Assembly (NCBI GenBank): GCA_040752415.1 | Contig: JBFMGU010000231.1 | Coordinates: 1 to 16,727 of the forward strand | DNA: 16,727 nt | Direction: 5' to 3' | Source: Myxococcota bacterium | GTDB taxonomy: Bacteria > Myxococcota > JACRCW01 | Shown here: piece after piece, positions 16,687-16,727 of the stretch | Numbering within the stretch: position 1 is the stretch's first letter | Layout of the letters: each line of letters opens with the position of its first letter | The notes under the pieces: generated by a model | The model's database searches: none | Told to the model about the DNA's origin: nothing | Seen by the model: only the letters and a program-made list of their open reading frames with translations | Position numbers and translations under genes: made by a program

Positions 16687-16727
16687 CCGCCGTCCCCGCC
16701 CCCGCCCGCGCCTGTCCCAATCCGCCC

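Overview
GC-rich bacterial chromosomal window whose gene content suggests Myxococcota (inference: several sigma54 promoters, an FHA/TPR membrane protein, a Cys-rich lipoprotein, Uma2, an OPT transporter). About 17 genes: comEA with a small upstream beta-rich hypothetical gene, a 2x[4Fe-4S] ferredoxin, a hypothetical gene, a Cys-rich lipoprotein-like ORF, a tightly coupled FHA-TM-TPR / response regulator / GH113 / helical-repeat operon, Uma2, OPT, cytochrome P450, GNAT, hemerythrin, a beta-propeller + di-heme cytochrome c peroxidase-like lipoprotein, a ferritin-like diiron protein and a BON protein. The most interesting signals are non-coding. (1) A probable ~150-nt sigma54-driven small RNA (2932-3080) built from two similar long hairpins, each with a poly-C loop, ending in a U7 terminator; it is reminiscent of myxobacterial Pxr. 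(2) The same tandem TGWC-N9-GWCA enhancer pair sits upstream of two sigma54 promoters, one driving the small gene + comEA and one driving a transcript that leaves the window, suggesting a co-regulated DNA-uptake regulon. No mobile element, CRISPR array, rRNA or tRNA was seen. All calls were made by eye, without database searches or folding software.
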